Notes under the pieces: model-generated
Databases searched by the model: none
Seen by the model: only the letters and a program-made list of their open reading frames with translations
What the model was told of the DNA's origin: nothing
Made by a program: the position numbers and the translations under genes
Part shown: piece after piece, positions 7,674 through 16,803 of the stretch
How the letters are laid out: each line of letters starts with the position of its first letter
Numbering within the stretch: the first letter of the stretch is position 1
Assembly (NCBI GenBank): GCA_001768615.1
Contig: MELE01000135.1
Span: 37,590-101,589 of the forward strand
Direction: 5' to 3'
Length of the DNA: 64,000 bases
DNA from: Acidobacteria bacterium RIFCSPLOWO2_12_FULL_67_14b
Lineage (GTDB): Bacteria; Acidobacteriota; Vicinamibacteria; Vicinamibacterales; UBA2999

Positions 7674-8884
7674 GAACGGTCTCCTGACGTCGCCTCGGTC
7701 TGTTCGGGGTCGAGAAGTCCCCCCTGGATCGGCGCCTCGAGCTTGCGCGCCACGGTTTCCAGCGGGTCGATCAACGGGATTTCCTTGGCACTGCCGGCGC
7801 CCAGCTCGCGGAACCGCCGCGCCTTGACCAGCACGTTGCTTTCGAACGATCCCACCAGCTTGTTGAACATGCCGAAGGTCCCATCCATCTTGCGCCGCAG
7901 ATCTTCGAGGTGTTCCGCCATCGTCGCCACGCTTTCGTGCAGCGTGCGTCCCAGGCGGCTGATCTCTTCGGCGTTGATGGTGAGCCGTTCCTGCTTCCAG
8001 CCGAAGGCCGCCGCCCGCAGCAGCGCGATCAGCGTCAGCGGGCTGGCGATGATCACGTTCTGCTTGACGCCGAAGTCGATGAGCAGCGCGTCCTGTTCGA
8101 GCGCGGCCATGTAGATGGCTTCGGCCGGCAGGAACAGCACCACCATTTCCGGAGACGACGGGAACTGATCCCAGTAGGCCTTGGCGCCGAGCTTGGTCAC
8201 ATGGTCTTTCACCTGCCGCACGTGATCCGCCAGCTTGCCGGTGCGCACGCCCTCGTCGGTCGCGCCCTGCGCGTCGAGGAAGGCTTCGAGCGGCGCTTTC
8301 GCATCCACGACAATCGAGCGGCCGCCGGGGATGTTGATCGTCATGTCGGGCCGCATGCGGCCGGTTTCGGTGAAGATCGTCGGCTGCTCGTCGAAGTCGC
8401 AGTGCTCCATCATGCCGGCCAGCTCGACGACCTTGCGCAACTGCACTTCGCCCCAGCGCCCGCGCACGCCCGGCGAGCGCAGCGCCCGCACCAGGTTCTG
8501 CGTTTCCTGCTGCAGTTGCTGTTGCGTCTGGCCGACGAGGCTCAGCATGGTCCGCAGGCTGGCGCTGTCGTCGACGCGGGACTTTTCGACCTCGCGCAGC
8601 TTGGCATCGACCTGGACGAGCGTGTCCTTGATCGGCCCGACCAGCGAGTCGAGGTGCTGCTGCCGCTGGCCGAGGTCCGCGGCAGCCTCCTTGTGCACGT
8701 TGCCGATCTTCTGATCGGCCAGCTTGAGAAACTCGTCGGTGCTCGACTTCAGCGCGGCGGCGGCGAGCGCTTCGAACGAATCCCGCAGCTGGGCCTGCTG
8801 GGTCGCGCGGCTGCGTGAGGCCAGCACCCACCCGGCGGCAAAGCCCGCGACCAGCGCCCCGACAACGGCAAAAGTGAGTTCCAA
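7670..8884 (-). CDS. rmuC: DNA recombination protein RmuC
   Basis: N-terminal TM, long coiled coil, and a conserved C-terminal region (RPDMTINIPGGRSIVVDAKAPLEAF...VLFLPAEA...IIASPLTLIALL). Its stop overlaps the TPR gene ATG (ATGA). Confidence 0.85.
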   Translation of the reverse strand: MELTFAVVGALVAGFAAGWVLASRSRATQQAQLRDSFEALAAAALKSSTDEFLKLADQKIGNVHKEAAADLGQRQQHLDSLVGPIKDTLVQVDAKLREVEKSRVDDSASLRTMLSLVGQTQQQLQQETQNLVRALRSPGVRGRWGEVQLRKVVELAGMMEHCDFDEQPTIFTETGRMRPDMTINIPGGRSIVVDAKAPLEAFLDAQGATDEGVRTGKLADHVRQVKDHVTKLGAKAYWDQFPSSPEMVVLFLPAEAIYMAALEQDALLIDFGVKQNVIIASPLTLIALLRAAAFGWKQERLTINAEEISRLGRTLHESVATMAEHLEDLRRKMDGTFGMFNKLVGSFESNVLVKARRFRELGAGSAKEIPLIDPLETVARKLEAPIQGGLLDPEQTEATSGDRS

Positions 8885-8891
8885 ACTGGGC

Positions 8892-8926
8892 AGCTTTCGG
8901 CTATCAGCTTTCAGCCTTCAGCCGAG
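8892..8926. repeat. Tandem heptamer array (AGCTTTC/AGCCTTC family) x5
   Basis: Units AGCTTTC GGCTATC AGCTTTC AGCCTTC AGCCGAG; reverse complement of the GCTGAAG family at 55564-55636. Confidence 0.8.
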
Positions 8927-8929
8927 AGG

Positions 8930-10510
8930 TTATTGTTGCGTCGGCGGCCGCGGCGGCGCCGTCGGCTTCGGCAACGCCTTGCGCGGCAGCATCTGCTCGC
9001 GGTTCGCCGTGTGATACACGAACGCCGCGGTGATCACCGCGTTCTTCATGAGGTCCGCCGCCACCAGTTGATCGTACACATCAAGATTCGAGTGGTGCGT
9101 CCGGCTGCTGTACTGGATCGGATCCTGGATGAACTGGAAGCCCGAGAGGCCGACCGCGTTGTACGCGAGGTGATCGGTACCGCCCGTATTGCGGATGGTG
9201 AGGCTGCCGGCCCCGAGGTTCTCGAACGGGACGAGCCAGGCGCGGAAGATCGGCGCGACGGCCTCATTCCCCTGCAGGTAGACGCCGCGATACTGGCCGG
9301 TGCCGTTGTCCATGTTGAAGTAGCCGGCGAGCTGGGCATGCTCGGGCTTGACCTGCATGGTGGCGGGATCGGCGAAGTGGTTCTTGACGTACATGCGCGA
9401 TCCGATCAGGCCCTGTTCCTCGCCGGTCCAGAGGCCGAGCCGCACCGTGCGGCGCAGCCGCAGGCCCGACTGCTTGAGGATGCGCATCGCCTCCATCATC
9501 ACCGCCGACCCGGCGGCGTTGTCGACCGCGCCGACGCCGGCGTGCCACGAGTCGAAGTGCGCGCCCAGCATCACGACCTCGTCGGCCTTGTCGGTGCCCG
9601 GGATCTCCGCGACGATGTTGAACATGTTCTGGTCGGCGTCGTGGAACGAGCTCCTGACGTCGACTTCGATCGTGACCGGCGTGCCCTTGCCAACCATCCG
9701 GGCGAGGCGGTTGTAGTGTTCGGTCGCCACCGCCAGCTGCGGCGGCACCGGCGGATCCTTCGGGTTGCGCGATCCGCCCGAGCCTACGAGCACGCTGCCG
9801 CTGTCGCCGCGCCCGGAGCCGGGCTCGAGCACCGCCACCGCGCCCTCCGCGATCAGGAATGCATTACGCTTGGCCGCGAACGCCTGTCCGCCCCCGGGAC
9901 CAAAACCGCCGCGCCCCGGTGACGGCGGCTCCTGGACCGCGAGCTCGTTGAGCTCCGTGGCTGTGTAGCGATGGGCCGGCGCGTCGAACATCGGCTTCAC
10001 CTCGCGGACGGCCTGCAGCAGCACGACCTTGCCCTTGAGCTTGCCGCGGAACTTGTCGAGGTCCGCGTCGGTGGCGAGCGGCGCGAGCACGGCCTCCGCG
10101 ACCACCGGGCCGTTGGTGCCCGGTGTCCACGCGCGCGCGTAGGCGATCACCGGCCACGGCGAGGGCTTGACCACGTGCACCACGGTGCGCTCGTTGCTCC
10201 AGCCGCGGCCGAAGGTTTCACCCCACGGTTCCTGCTTCGCATTGGCGAGGCCCCATTCGGTCAGCTTCTTCACCGTCCAGTCGGCCGCCGCCCGCAGCTG
10301 CGGCGAGTTGGTCAGCCGCGGACCGTGGACCTCGGTGAGCCACCACGCGGTGTCCATGACCTGCGAGCGGTCGAAGCCTTCTTCCTTGATCCGCTGGATG
10401 GCGTCGAGGTCGATCTGTTCGCTCGACTGCGCAGACAGGCCGGGCAGACCGGTCAGGACCAGCGCGAAGCACGCGATCGGCAGGAAAAGTAGTCGTCGTC
10501 TCGTCACCAT
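8930..10510 (-). CDS. M28 family zinc aminopeptidase, secreted
   Basis: GAHFDSWHAGVGAVDNAAGSAVMMEAMRIL and GLWTGEEQGLIGS motifs plus a signal peptide. Start chosen at MVTRRR (GGAGG 6 nt upstream); the track ORF begins at 10531. Confidence 0.8.
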   Translation of the reverse strand: MVTRRRLLFLPIACFALVLTGLPGLSAQSSEQIDLDAIQRIKEEGFDRSQVMDTAWWLTEVHGPRLTNSPQLRAAADWTVKKLTEWGLANAKQEPWGETFGRGWSNERTVVHVVKPSPWPVIAYARAWTPGTNGPVVAEAVLAPLATDADLDKFRGKLKGKVVLLQAVREVKPMFDAPAHRYTATELNELAVQEPPSPGRGGFGPGGGQAFAAKRNAFLIAEGAVAVLEPGSGRGDSGSVLVGSGGSRNPKDPPVPPQLAVATEHYNRLARMVGKGTPVTIEVDVRSSFHDADQNMFNIVAEIPGTDKADEVVMLGAHFDSWHAGVGAVDNAAGSAVMMEAMRILKQSGLRLRRTVRLGLWTGEEQGLIGSRMYVKNHFADPATMQVKPEHAQLAGYFNMDNGTGQYRGVYLQGNEAVAPIFRAWLVPFENLGAGSLTIRNTGGTDHLAYNAVGLSGFQFIQDPIQYSSRTHHSNLDVYDQLVAADLMKNAVITAAFVYHTANREQMLPRKALPKPTAPPRPPTQQ

Positions 10511-10733
10511 GGTCATCCTCCAAAAGTGCATGAACGCGCAATAGGAGAGTGTACCCCGGATCTCCGGGGGCTCCGGCGGTGGCGTCCGCGGATTACCGAA
10601 TCGTCCTGGCGCCGACAGAATTCGCCTTGCGCACGAACGCGCTGGCCCCGGGCGTATTTCCGTAACTGGCTCGCCCGGTTCGGGTTAGCATATCGTCGGC
10701 CCGGCCAGCCCGGTCTGGAAGGCCCGTTGCAAA

Positions 10734-12584
10734 ATGATCCGAGTGCTTCCAGCGGTCGGCGCGCCCGACGACTCGACAATCGCGGATGCGTTCGGACGCC
10801 GCACGCGCGGTGTCGACGCCGAGGCCGGCGATGAGGTCGAGTTTCTCGAGCTGCCGGCGGCGCTCGTCGAGCATTCCGGGTTCGTGACCGCCCTGGCCGA
10901 GCGGGTGGCGCGCTTCGCCACCGTCCGCCACACCTCGTACGCACACATCCGCCGCCTCGATCGACCAGCGGCCGATCGGCTCATCCTGGTCTCGGATTCG
11001 ACGCCTGGCTGGCGTCTGTCGGAGCTGCTGTTCGTCGCGTCGCACGCCCAACTGCCGCTCGACATCACGGTCGTCATCGGGATTTTGCGCCAGCTGCTGC
11101 CCGCCGCGGCGCTCTATGGCCGTCACAATCGCGACTCGGCGATCGGCGCCTTGTCGCCCGAACGCCTGATTGTGACGCCGCAGGCGCGCCTGGTGATCAC
11201 CGAGCACGCGTTCGGCCCCGCGCTCGAAAAGCTGAACCTCGGACGCGATCGCCTGTGGCGCGAGCTGCGCGTCGCCATGCCGCCTTCCGCCGGCCTGCCG
11301 CGCGCGAACGCGCGCGCCGATGCCAACGCGCTGGGCGTCGTCGCGCTCTCGCTGCTGCTGGGCCGCGTGCTCCTGGAGGAAGAGTACCCGAGCCAGCTGC
11401 AATCATTGCTCGAGGCCACTACCGAACGGCACGACGGACAAGTCGCCCCGCTGTCGCCGGCCCTGGCCGCCTGGCTGGCGCGCGCGCTGCAGTTCGACGT
11501 GCGCACGGCGTTCCAGTCGCCCCACGAAGCGCAGGTCGCCTTCGAGGCGGTCCTGGCCAGCGATCGCGGATACGTCACGCAGCCGGCCGCACTCGAACAA
11601 TGGGTGTCGAAGGTCGGCGGCCTGATCGATGCCGAGCGCAATCCGCCGCCGCCACCTCCCGAGCCCGAGCCCGAAGCCGAAGCCGAAGCCGAACCCCAAG
11701 CCGAAGAGGAGCCGGCCTCCGCTCACGAAGATGATCGCGACCTGCGGCGCGACCAGCCCCAGGCCGAGTCCTCGTGGGCGCCGCCGCCGCAGCCGCACTT
11801 CGAACCACCGCCACCGTCGCCAGCACCGTTGCCGCCGCCGCCGGTCGAGGTCGAAGCCCCCGTCGTTGCTCGCGAGGTCGAGCCCGTCGAACCGGAGGCC
11901 TCCGCCTCCGCTCGCACAGAACCTGGCGAGCTACGGCGAGACCCCGCCGACCTGTCCGCCGAAGTTTCAGCGACGGCGGAAGCGGCCTCCGGCCGCGAAG
12001 GCGGGCCCGAAGAACCCGAAGCACCGTACGCACCTGAGGCACCCAGTTCAAAGGCGGGCGTTAGAAGTCCGTTAGTGATGGCGCTGCTGGCCGTCGCGAT
12101 GTTCCAGTCGATCGTCGTGATCTGGTTGTGGAACAGCAATCCCGGCGCACCGCGCGCCGGAGAAGGCGAGCTGGTCGTGCAGTCGCGGCCCGTGGCCGCG
12201 CGGGTCTCGATCGACGGCGAGGATCGCGGCGTGACGCCGCTCACGCTGAAGCTGCCGGCCGGCGCGCACGTGCTCGAAGTGGGGATCGGCAAGTCCGAGC
12301 CGCGCGTCATCCCGCTGACCATTCAGACCGGCGTGCAGACGGCGCAGTACATCGAGCTGCAGAACGTCCCGATGACCGGCGGCCTCGACATCCGCAGCGA
12401 CCCGCCGGGCGCGCGCGTGAGCATCGACGGGCAGGTTCGTGGGACGACGCCGGTGACGATTCGCGACCTGCCTCCCGGCGATCACGATGTTGTTCTGGAG
12501 GCGAATGGCCGAAAAGTGCGTCAGCCTGTCCGCATCGACGCGGGCACTACTGCGCAACTCGTGGTCCCGATGCCGAGGCGCTAG
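10734..12584 (+). CDS. Pseudokinase-like / Pro-Glu-rich linker / TM / tandem PEGA domain protein
   Basis: The N-terminal ~300 aa have a degenerate kinase catalytic loop (HNRDSAIGALSPERLIV) and EHAFG in place of DFG. PEPEPEAEAEAEP linker and one TM. Two PEGA-like repeats (ARVSIDGEDRGVTPLTL; ARVSIDGQVRGTTPVTIRDLPPGDHDVVL). Confidence 0.7.
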   Translation: MIRVLPAVGAPDDSTIADAFGRRTRGVDAEAGDEVEFLELPAALVEHSGFVTALAERVARFATVRHTSYAHIRRLDRPAADRLILVSDSTPGWRLSELLFVASHAQLPLDITVVIGILRQLLPAAALYGRHNRDSAIGALSPERLIVTPQARLVITEHAFGPALEKLNLGRDRLWRELRVAMPPSAGLPRANARADANALGVVALSLLLGRVLLEEEYPSQLQSLLEATTERHDGQVAPLSPALAAWLARALQFDVRTAFQSPHEAQVAFEAVLASDRGYVTQPAALEQWVSKVGGLIDAERNPPPPPPEPEPEAEAEAEPQAEEEPASAHEDDRDLRRDQPQAESSWAPPPQPHFEPPPPSPAPLPPPPVEVEAPVVAREVEPVEPEASASARTEPGELRRDPADLSAEVSATAEAASGREGGPEEPEAPYAPEAPSSKAGVRSPLVMALLAVAMFQSIVVIWLWNSNPGAPRAGEGELVVQSRPVAARVSIDGEDRGVTPLTLKLPAGAHVLEVGIGKSEPRVIPLTIQTGVQTAQYIELQNVPMTGGLDIRSDPPGARVSIDGQVRGTTPVTIRDLPPGDHDVVLEANGRKVRQPVRIDAGTTAQLVVPMPRR

Positions 12585-12639
12585 TGAGGTTTTGCATCCT
12601 TTTGCACCGGGAGTTTTGTTAGGATCGACCGTCCATTTC

Positions 12640-13893
12640 ATGCGGAAATCGTTGCTCGTTCCCGCCATCGCCCTGCTTGCCGGGGCCGTGACCTCGCCGA
12701 TCTGGCTGGTCTCGGCCGCCGACACGACGTCGAGCAACCGGCTCGGCGCCGACGTCATGCTGGCGAAGGACGCCGACTACCTCACCGGCTACATTCCGGC
12801 CCGCACCACCATGGCGGGGCTGTTCCAGGATCATCTGATCGAGGGGCCCGAGGCCACCGCGCTCGTCGGATCGATCGGCGGGGCCTTCGAGATGCGGCGG
12901 CTTCGCGCCGGCCAGCCCTACGCGATCGATCGCCTGCTGGACGGGCGCGTCCGCCGCTTCGAGTACGAGATCGACGGCGACCGCCGCCTGATCGCCGCGC
13001 GCGCCTCGCTCGACGGCACGCCGCGCTTCATCACGACCATCGATCGCATTCCGAAGCAGACCGATGTCGTCGTGATCGAGGGCGACATCAACCGCGAGAC
13101 CAACTCGCTGTCGGCCGCGATCGACAAGGCCGGTGAGCGCATCGACCTGGCGCTCGGTCTCGCCGACGTGTTCTCGGGAGAGATCGACTTCAACTCCGAT
13201 CTGCAGCCCGGCGATCGGTTCCGGCTGGTCGTCGAGCGCCAGTCGCGCGAGGGCAAGCTGGCGGGGTACGGCGCCATCCTCGCCGCCGAATTCGTCAACC
13301 ACGGCCGGCAGCTGCGCGCGGTCCGCTTCGCGCCCGAGGGCGGCTCACCCGGGTATTACGACGACCAGGGCCGCTCGCTGAAGCGCTTCTTCCTGAAGTC
13401 GCCGCTCAAGTTCGAGCCGCGCGTCACCTCCCGGTTCTCGAGCTCACGCAAGCACCCGATTCTCGGCTACGCCAGGGCGCACAACGGCGTGGACTATCAC
13501 GCCGATACCGGCGCACCCGTCGTGTCGGTGGCGCCGGGCGTGGTGACGCTGGCGGGCTGGACTTCCGGCGGCGGCCGGACGGTGCGCGTCCGCCACCCGA
13601 ACGGCTACGAAACCGAGTACCTGCACCTGTCCGCGACCGCCGTCCGTTCGGGCGCCCGCGTCGGACAGGGCGACCTCGTCGGCCGCGTCGGCAGGACCGG
13701 ACTCGCCACCGGTCCTCACCTGCACTATGGCCTGAAGAAGAACGGCCGCTACGTGAACCCGATCCTGGAACACCGCAACATGCCGCCCGGCGATCCGGTT
13801 CCGACGACGCTGCTCAACGTCTTCACCACCGAGCGCGACCGCTACTTCGGACTGCTGTTTGCGTCTCCGTTGCGGGCAGCCAACAACGATTAA
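12640..13893 (+). CDS. M23 family metallopeptidase
   Basis: HNGVDYHAD (HxxxD) and GPHLHYGL (HxH) motifs. Signal/anchor MRKSLLVPAIALLAGAV. The track ORF start at 12487 overlaps the previous gene. Confidence 0.85.
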   Translation: MRKSLLVPAIALLAGAVTSPIWLVSAADTTSSNRLGADVMLAKDADYLTGYIPARTTMAGLFQDHLIEGPEATALVGSIGGAFEMRRLRAGQPYAIDRLLDGRVRRFEYEIDGDRRLIAARASLDGTPRFITTIDRIPKQTDVVVIEGDINRETNSLSAAIDKAGERIDLALGLADVFSGEIDFNSDLQPGDRFRLVVERQSREGKLAGYGAILAAEFVNHGRQLRAVRFAPEGGSPGYYDDQGRSLKRFFLKSPLKFEPRVTSRFSSSRKHPILGYARAHNGVDYHADTGAPVVSVAPGVVTLAGWTSGGGRTVRVRHPNGYETEYLHLSATAVRSGARVGQGDLVGRVGRTGLATGPHLHYGLKKNGRYVNPILEHRNMPPGDPVPTTLLNVFTTERDRYFGLLFASPLRAANND

Positions 13894-13915
13894 CAGGAGC
13901 TTGTCTGGTTTCTCC

Positions 13916-14374
13916 TCACCTGAAGGTCCAGCCGACTCCAAATTTGAAATCCGGCGAATCGATCGCGCCCACCTTGAACTCGAAGAACAGTCCGCGCGAC
14001 TGCTCGACGCCCACCAGGAAGTTCAGTCCCGCCTCGGTGTTCGTGTCGTCGTCGAACATGTAGACGTTGAGCGCCGGGCCGCCGCCCGCATAGAGGCCCC
14101 AACCGCTGCGGTTGGGGAACTTGTAGACGAACTCCATGTTGGCGGTAACCAGCGTCAGGTCGTCGCCGAAGCCGACCTCGACGTTCGGCCGGAAGCGGAG
14201 GCGATCGACGAGCGGCGAGGTCTCGACGTGGCCGCCGAAATAGAACTGATCCGGGTCAACCGAGATGCCGCCCCGAAGGCCGGCATCCTGCGCTGCCGCC
14301 GAACCGGTAAAAACGAAGAGGCTCGCAAGTAAAAATGACAGACGTGTAATGGCCCGAGTCACAACGTGGCTCAT
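13916..14374 (-). CDS. Small outer-membrane beta-barrel protein (porin-family-like)
   Basis: Signal peptide ending AAAQ. Alternating beta-strand pattern with aromatic C-terminus GVGWTFR. ATG at 14374 has GGAGG 5 nt upstream. Confidence 0.65.
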   Translation of the reverse strand: MSHVVTRAITRLSFLLASLFVFTGSAAAQDAGLRGGISVDPDQFYFGGHVETSPLVDRLRFRPNVEVGFGDDLTLVTANMEFVYKFPNRSGWGLYAGGGPALNVYMFDDDTNTEAGLNFLVGVEQSRGLFFEFKVGAIDSPDFKFGVGWTFR

Positions 14375-14430
14375 GCATTCCTCCTGCACCCGTACTCTGC
14401 AAGAGCGTTGCCGAATATAATTTGGAATTG

Positions 14431-15645
14431 ATGGCCGCGATCTTTCCCTTTGCCGCGCTCAGACCCGCGCCCGCCGCCGCGGCAGCCGTGGCGTCGGTGC
14501 CCTACGACGTCGTCAATACCGAGGAAGCCCGCGCGCTCGCCGAGGGGAACCCTCTCAGCTTCCTGCACGTGTCGAGGCCGGAGATCGACTTGCCCGCGGG
14601 CGCCGACCCCCACGGCGACTCGGTGTACGAGCTGGCAAGGAAGAACTTCGAGAAGCTGAAGGCCGCCGCGCCGCTCGTGCGCGAGGAGGCGCCGGCCTTC
14701 TACGTGTATCGCCTGCATATGGGCCGCCACGTCCAGTCGGGCATCGCCGCCTGCTTTTCCATCGACGAATACGATCGCGACCTGATCAAGAAGCACGAGA
14801 AGACCAGGCCCGACAAGGAGGACGATCGCACCCGGCACATGCTCGCCATCCGGGCGCAGACCGGCCCGGTGTTCCTCACCTATCGCGCGTCGAAGGCCCT
14901 TGATGCCATCGTCACGCGCGTGACCACGGGCGCGACGCTGTTCGACATCACCGCGCCCGACGGCGTTCGCCACCAGATCTGGCGCGTCGCCGCGGCCGAG
15001 CACCAGCCGATCGTCGACGCCTTCGCCGCGCTCCCGAGCCTGTACATCGCTGACGGCCACCATCGCGCCGCCAGCGCCGTCCGGACGCGGCGGAAGCTCG
15101 ACGAGAAGGCGGAAGGCAGACGGCAGAAGGCAGAAGAGTTCGACACCGTGTTGGCGGTGGCGTTCCCCGACAACCAGATGCAGGTGTTGCCGTACAACCG
15201 CGTGGTTCGCGACCTGCACGGGTTGACCGCGCCGGAGTTCCTCGCGGCGTTGAAGCGCCGGATGACGGTGCGGGACGAGGGCCCCGCCAGCCCGAAGGCC
15301 AAGGGCGAGATCGCGATGTACCTGGCGGGCCGGTGGCAGACCCTGGTGATGCCGCCCGCGGCGGCATCGCTCGACGTCGATCTCCTGCAGGCATCGATCC
15401 TCGAGCCGGTGCTCGGCATCCACGACGTCCGCGTCGACAGGCGGATCGAGTTCGTCGGCGGCATTCGCGGCACCGATGAACTGCAGCGGCTGGTCGATGC
15501 GGGAGAGTTCGCCGTGGCGTTCTCGCTGTTCCCGGTCTCGGTCGACGACCTGATGCGCATCGCCGACGCCGGCGGCATCATGCCGCCCAAGTCGACCTGG
15601 TTCGAACCCAAGCTTCGCGACGGCTTGCTGTCGCACGTGATCTGA
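14431..15645 (+). CDS. DUF1015 domain protein
   Basis: MAAIFPFAALRP N-terminus and the ADGHHR motif typical of DUF1015. Contains an internal heptamer-repeat-encoded segment EKAEGRRQKAEE. Confidence 0.75.
   Translation: MAAIFPFAALRPAPAAAAAVASVPYDVVNTEEARALAEGNPLSFLHVSRPEIDLPAGADPHGDSVYELARKNFEKLKAAAPLVREEAPAFYVYRLHMGRHVQSGIAACFSIDEYDRDLIKKHEKTRPDKEDDRTRHMLAIRAQTGPVFLTYRASKALDAIVTRVTTGATLFDITAPDGVRHQIWRVAAAEHQPIVDAFAALPSLYIADGHHRAASAVRTRRKLDEKAEGRRQKAEEFDTVLAVAFPDNQMQVLPYNRVVRDLHGLTAPEFLAALKRRMTVRDEGPASPKAKGEIAMYLAGRWQTLVMPPAAASLDVDLLQASILEPVLGIHDVRVDRRIEFVGGIRGTDELQRLVDAGEFAVAFSLFPVSVDDLMRIADAGGIMPPKSTWFEPKLRDGLLSHVI
15104..15138. repeat. Degenerate heptamer array (AGAAGGC) x5 inside a CDS
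   Basis: Units AGAAGGC GGAAGGC AGACGGC AGAAGGC AGAAGAG; same unit family as 1573-1628 and 26553-26608. Confidence 0.8.
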
Positions 15646-15672
15646 TCTGCAACTTGTGGAGCTCAAGCAACC

Positions 15673-16767
15673 ATGACAACCACCGTTCATCGCATTCATA
15701 ACTTTTCGGCGGGCCCGGCCGTTCTGCCCGTCCCGGTCCTGGAAGAGGCGCAGCGCAACCTGGTGTCGCTGCCCGGCGTCGGCATGTCGGTGCTGGAGAT
15801 CAGCCACCGCTCCAAGACGTTCGAGGCGATCCTGGCGAGGACCGAGGCCGACCTTCGCGCGCTCGGCAACGTGCCGGCGAATTACAAGGTGCTGCTCCTG
15901 CAAGGCGGCGCGTCGCTGCAGTTCTCGATGGTGCCGCTCAACCTGCTCACCCCCGGCTCCACCGCCGACTACATCGTGACCGGCGGCTGGGCGCAGAAGG
16001 CCGTGAAGGAAGCGCAGCGGGTGGGGACCGTGCACATCGCGGGCTCGACCGAGAGCGAGAACTTTTCGCGCATTCCCCGGCAGGACGAGCTGACGCTCAC
16101 GCCGAATGCGGCCTACGTGCACATGACGACCAACAACACGCTGTTCGGCACCGAGTGGGCGGGCGAGCCGACGGCCGGCGACGTGCCGCTGGTGGCCGAC
16201 ACGTCGTCCGACATGTTCAGCCGGCCGATCGACGTCTCGAAGTACGGCCTGATCTACGCCGGCGCGCAGAAGAACCTGGGCCCGTCCGGCGTCACGCTGG
16301 TGATCGTCCGAGAGGATCTGCTCGCCCGCTCCAGCAAGTCGCTGCACACGATGCTGAACTACGCGGTCCACGCCGAGAACGGCTCGATGTACAACACGCC
16401 GCCCTGCTTCGGCATCTACCTGATGGGGCTGGTGATGAAGTGGGCGCTGGCCGAGGGCGGGCTGGAGGCGATCGGCCAGCACAACCGGCGCAAGGCCGCG
16501 AAGATCTATGCGGAGATCGACCGCACCGGCTTCTACACGGGCACGGCCGATAAGGCGAGCCGATCGCGCATGAACATCACGTTCCGGCTGCCGAGCGAGG
16601 ATCTCGAGAAGGCGTTCGTGAAGGAATCGACCGCGGCGGGCCTCGACGGGCTGAAGGGCCACCGCTCGGTCGGCGGCATGCGCGCGTCGATCTACAACGC
16701 GTTCCCGGACGAGGGCATCGACGCGCTCGTGGCGTTCATGCAGGAGTTCGAGAAGAAAAACGGCTAA
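15673..16767 (+). CDS. serC: 3-phosphoserine/phosphohydroxythreonine aminotransferase
   Basis: FSAGPAVLP...LEISHRSKTFEAIL...ADYIVTGGWAQKA...AGAQKNLGPSGVTLVIVRED...GGMRASIYNA, typical SerC. Confidence 0.9.
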   Translation: MTTTVHRIHNFSAGPAVLPVPVLEEAQRNLVSLPGVGMSVLEISHRSKTFEAILARTEADLRALGNVPANYKVLLLQGGASLQFSMVPLNLLTPGSTADYIVTGGWAQKAVKEAQRVGTVHIAGSTESENFSRIPRQDELTLTPNAAYVHMTTNNTLFGTEWAGEPTAGDVPLVADTSSDMFSRPIDVSKYGLIYAGAQKNLGPSGVTLVIVREDLLARSSKSLHTMLNYAVHAENGSMYNTPPCFGIYLMGLVMKWALAEGGLEAIGQHNRRKAAKIYAEIDRTGFYTGTADKASRSRMNITFRLPSEDLEKAFVKESTAAGLDGLKGHRSVGGMRASIYNAFPDEGIDALVAFMQEFEKKNG

Positions 16768-16803
16768 ACGACACCACGAAGATCACGAAGGCCGCGAACT
16801 CTC

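Noticed and set aside
7674-8831. Upstream 386 aa of the 694-aa minus-strand ORF 6747-8831.
   Set aside because: It is an alternative frame of rmuC with a low-complexity Arg/Ala/Gly translation. The TPR protein has its own ATG with a signal peptide at 7673, overlapping the rmuC stop.
14416-14421. TATAAT hexamer 10 nt upstream of the DUF1015 ATG as a promoter.
   Set aside because: There is no acceptable -35 element or extended -10 at the right spacing. It may reflect a leaderless transcript, but the support is too weak to annotate.
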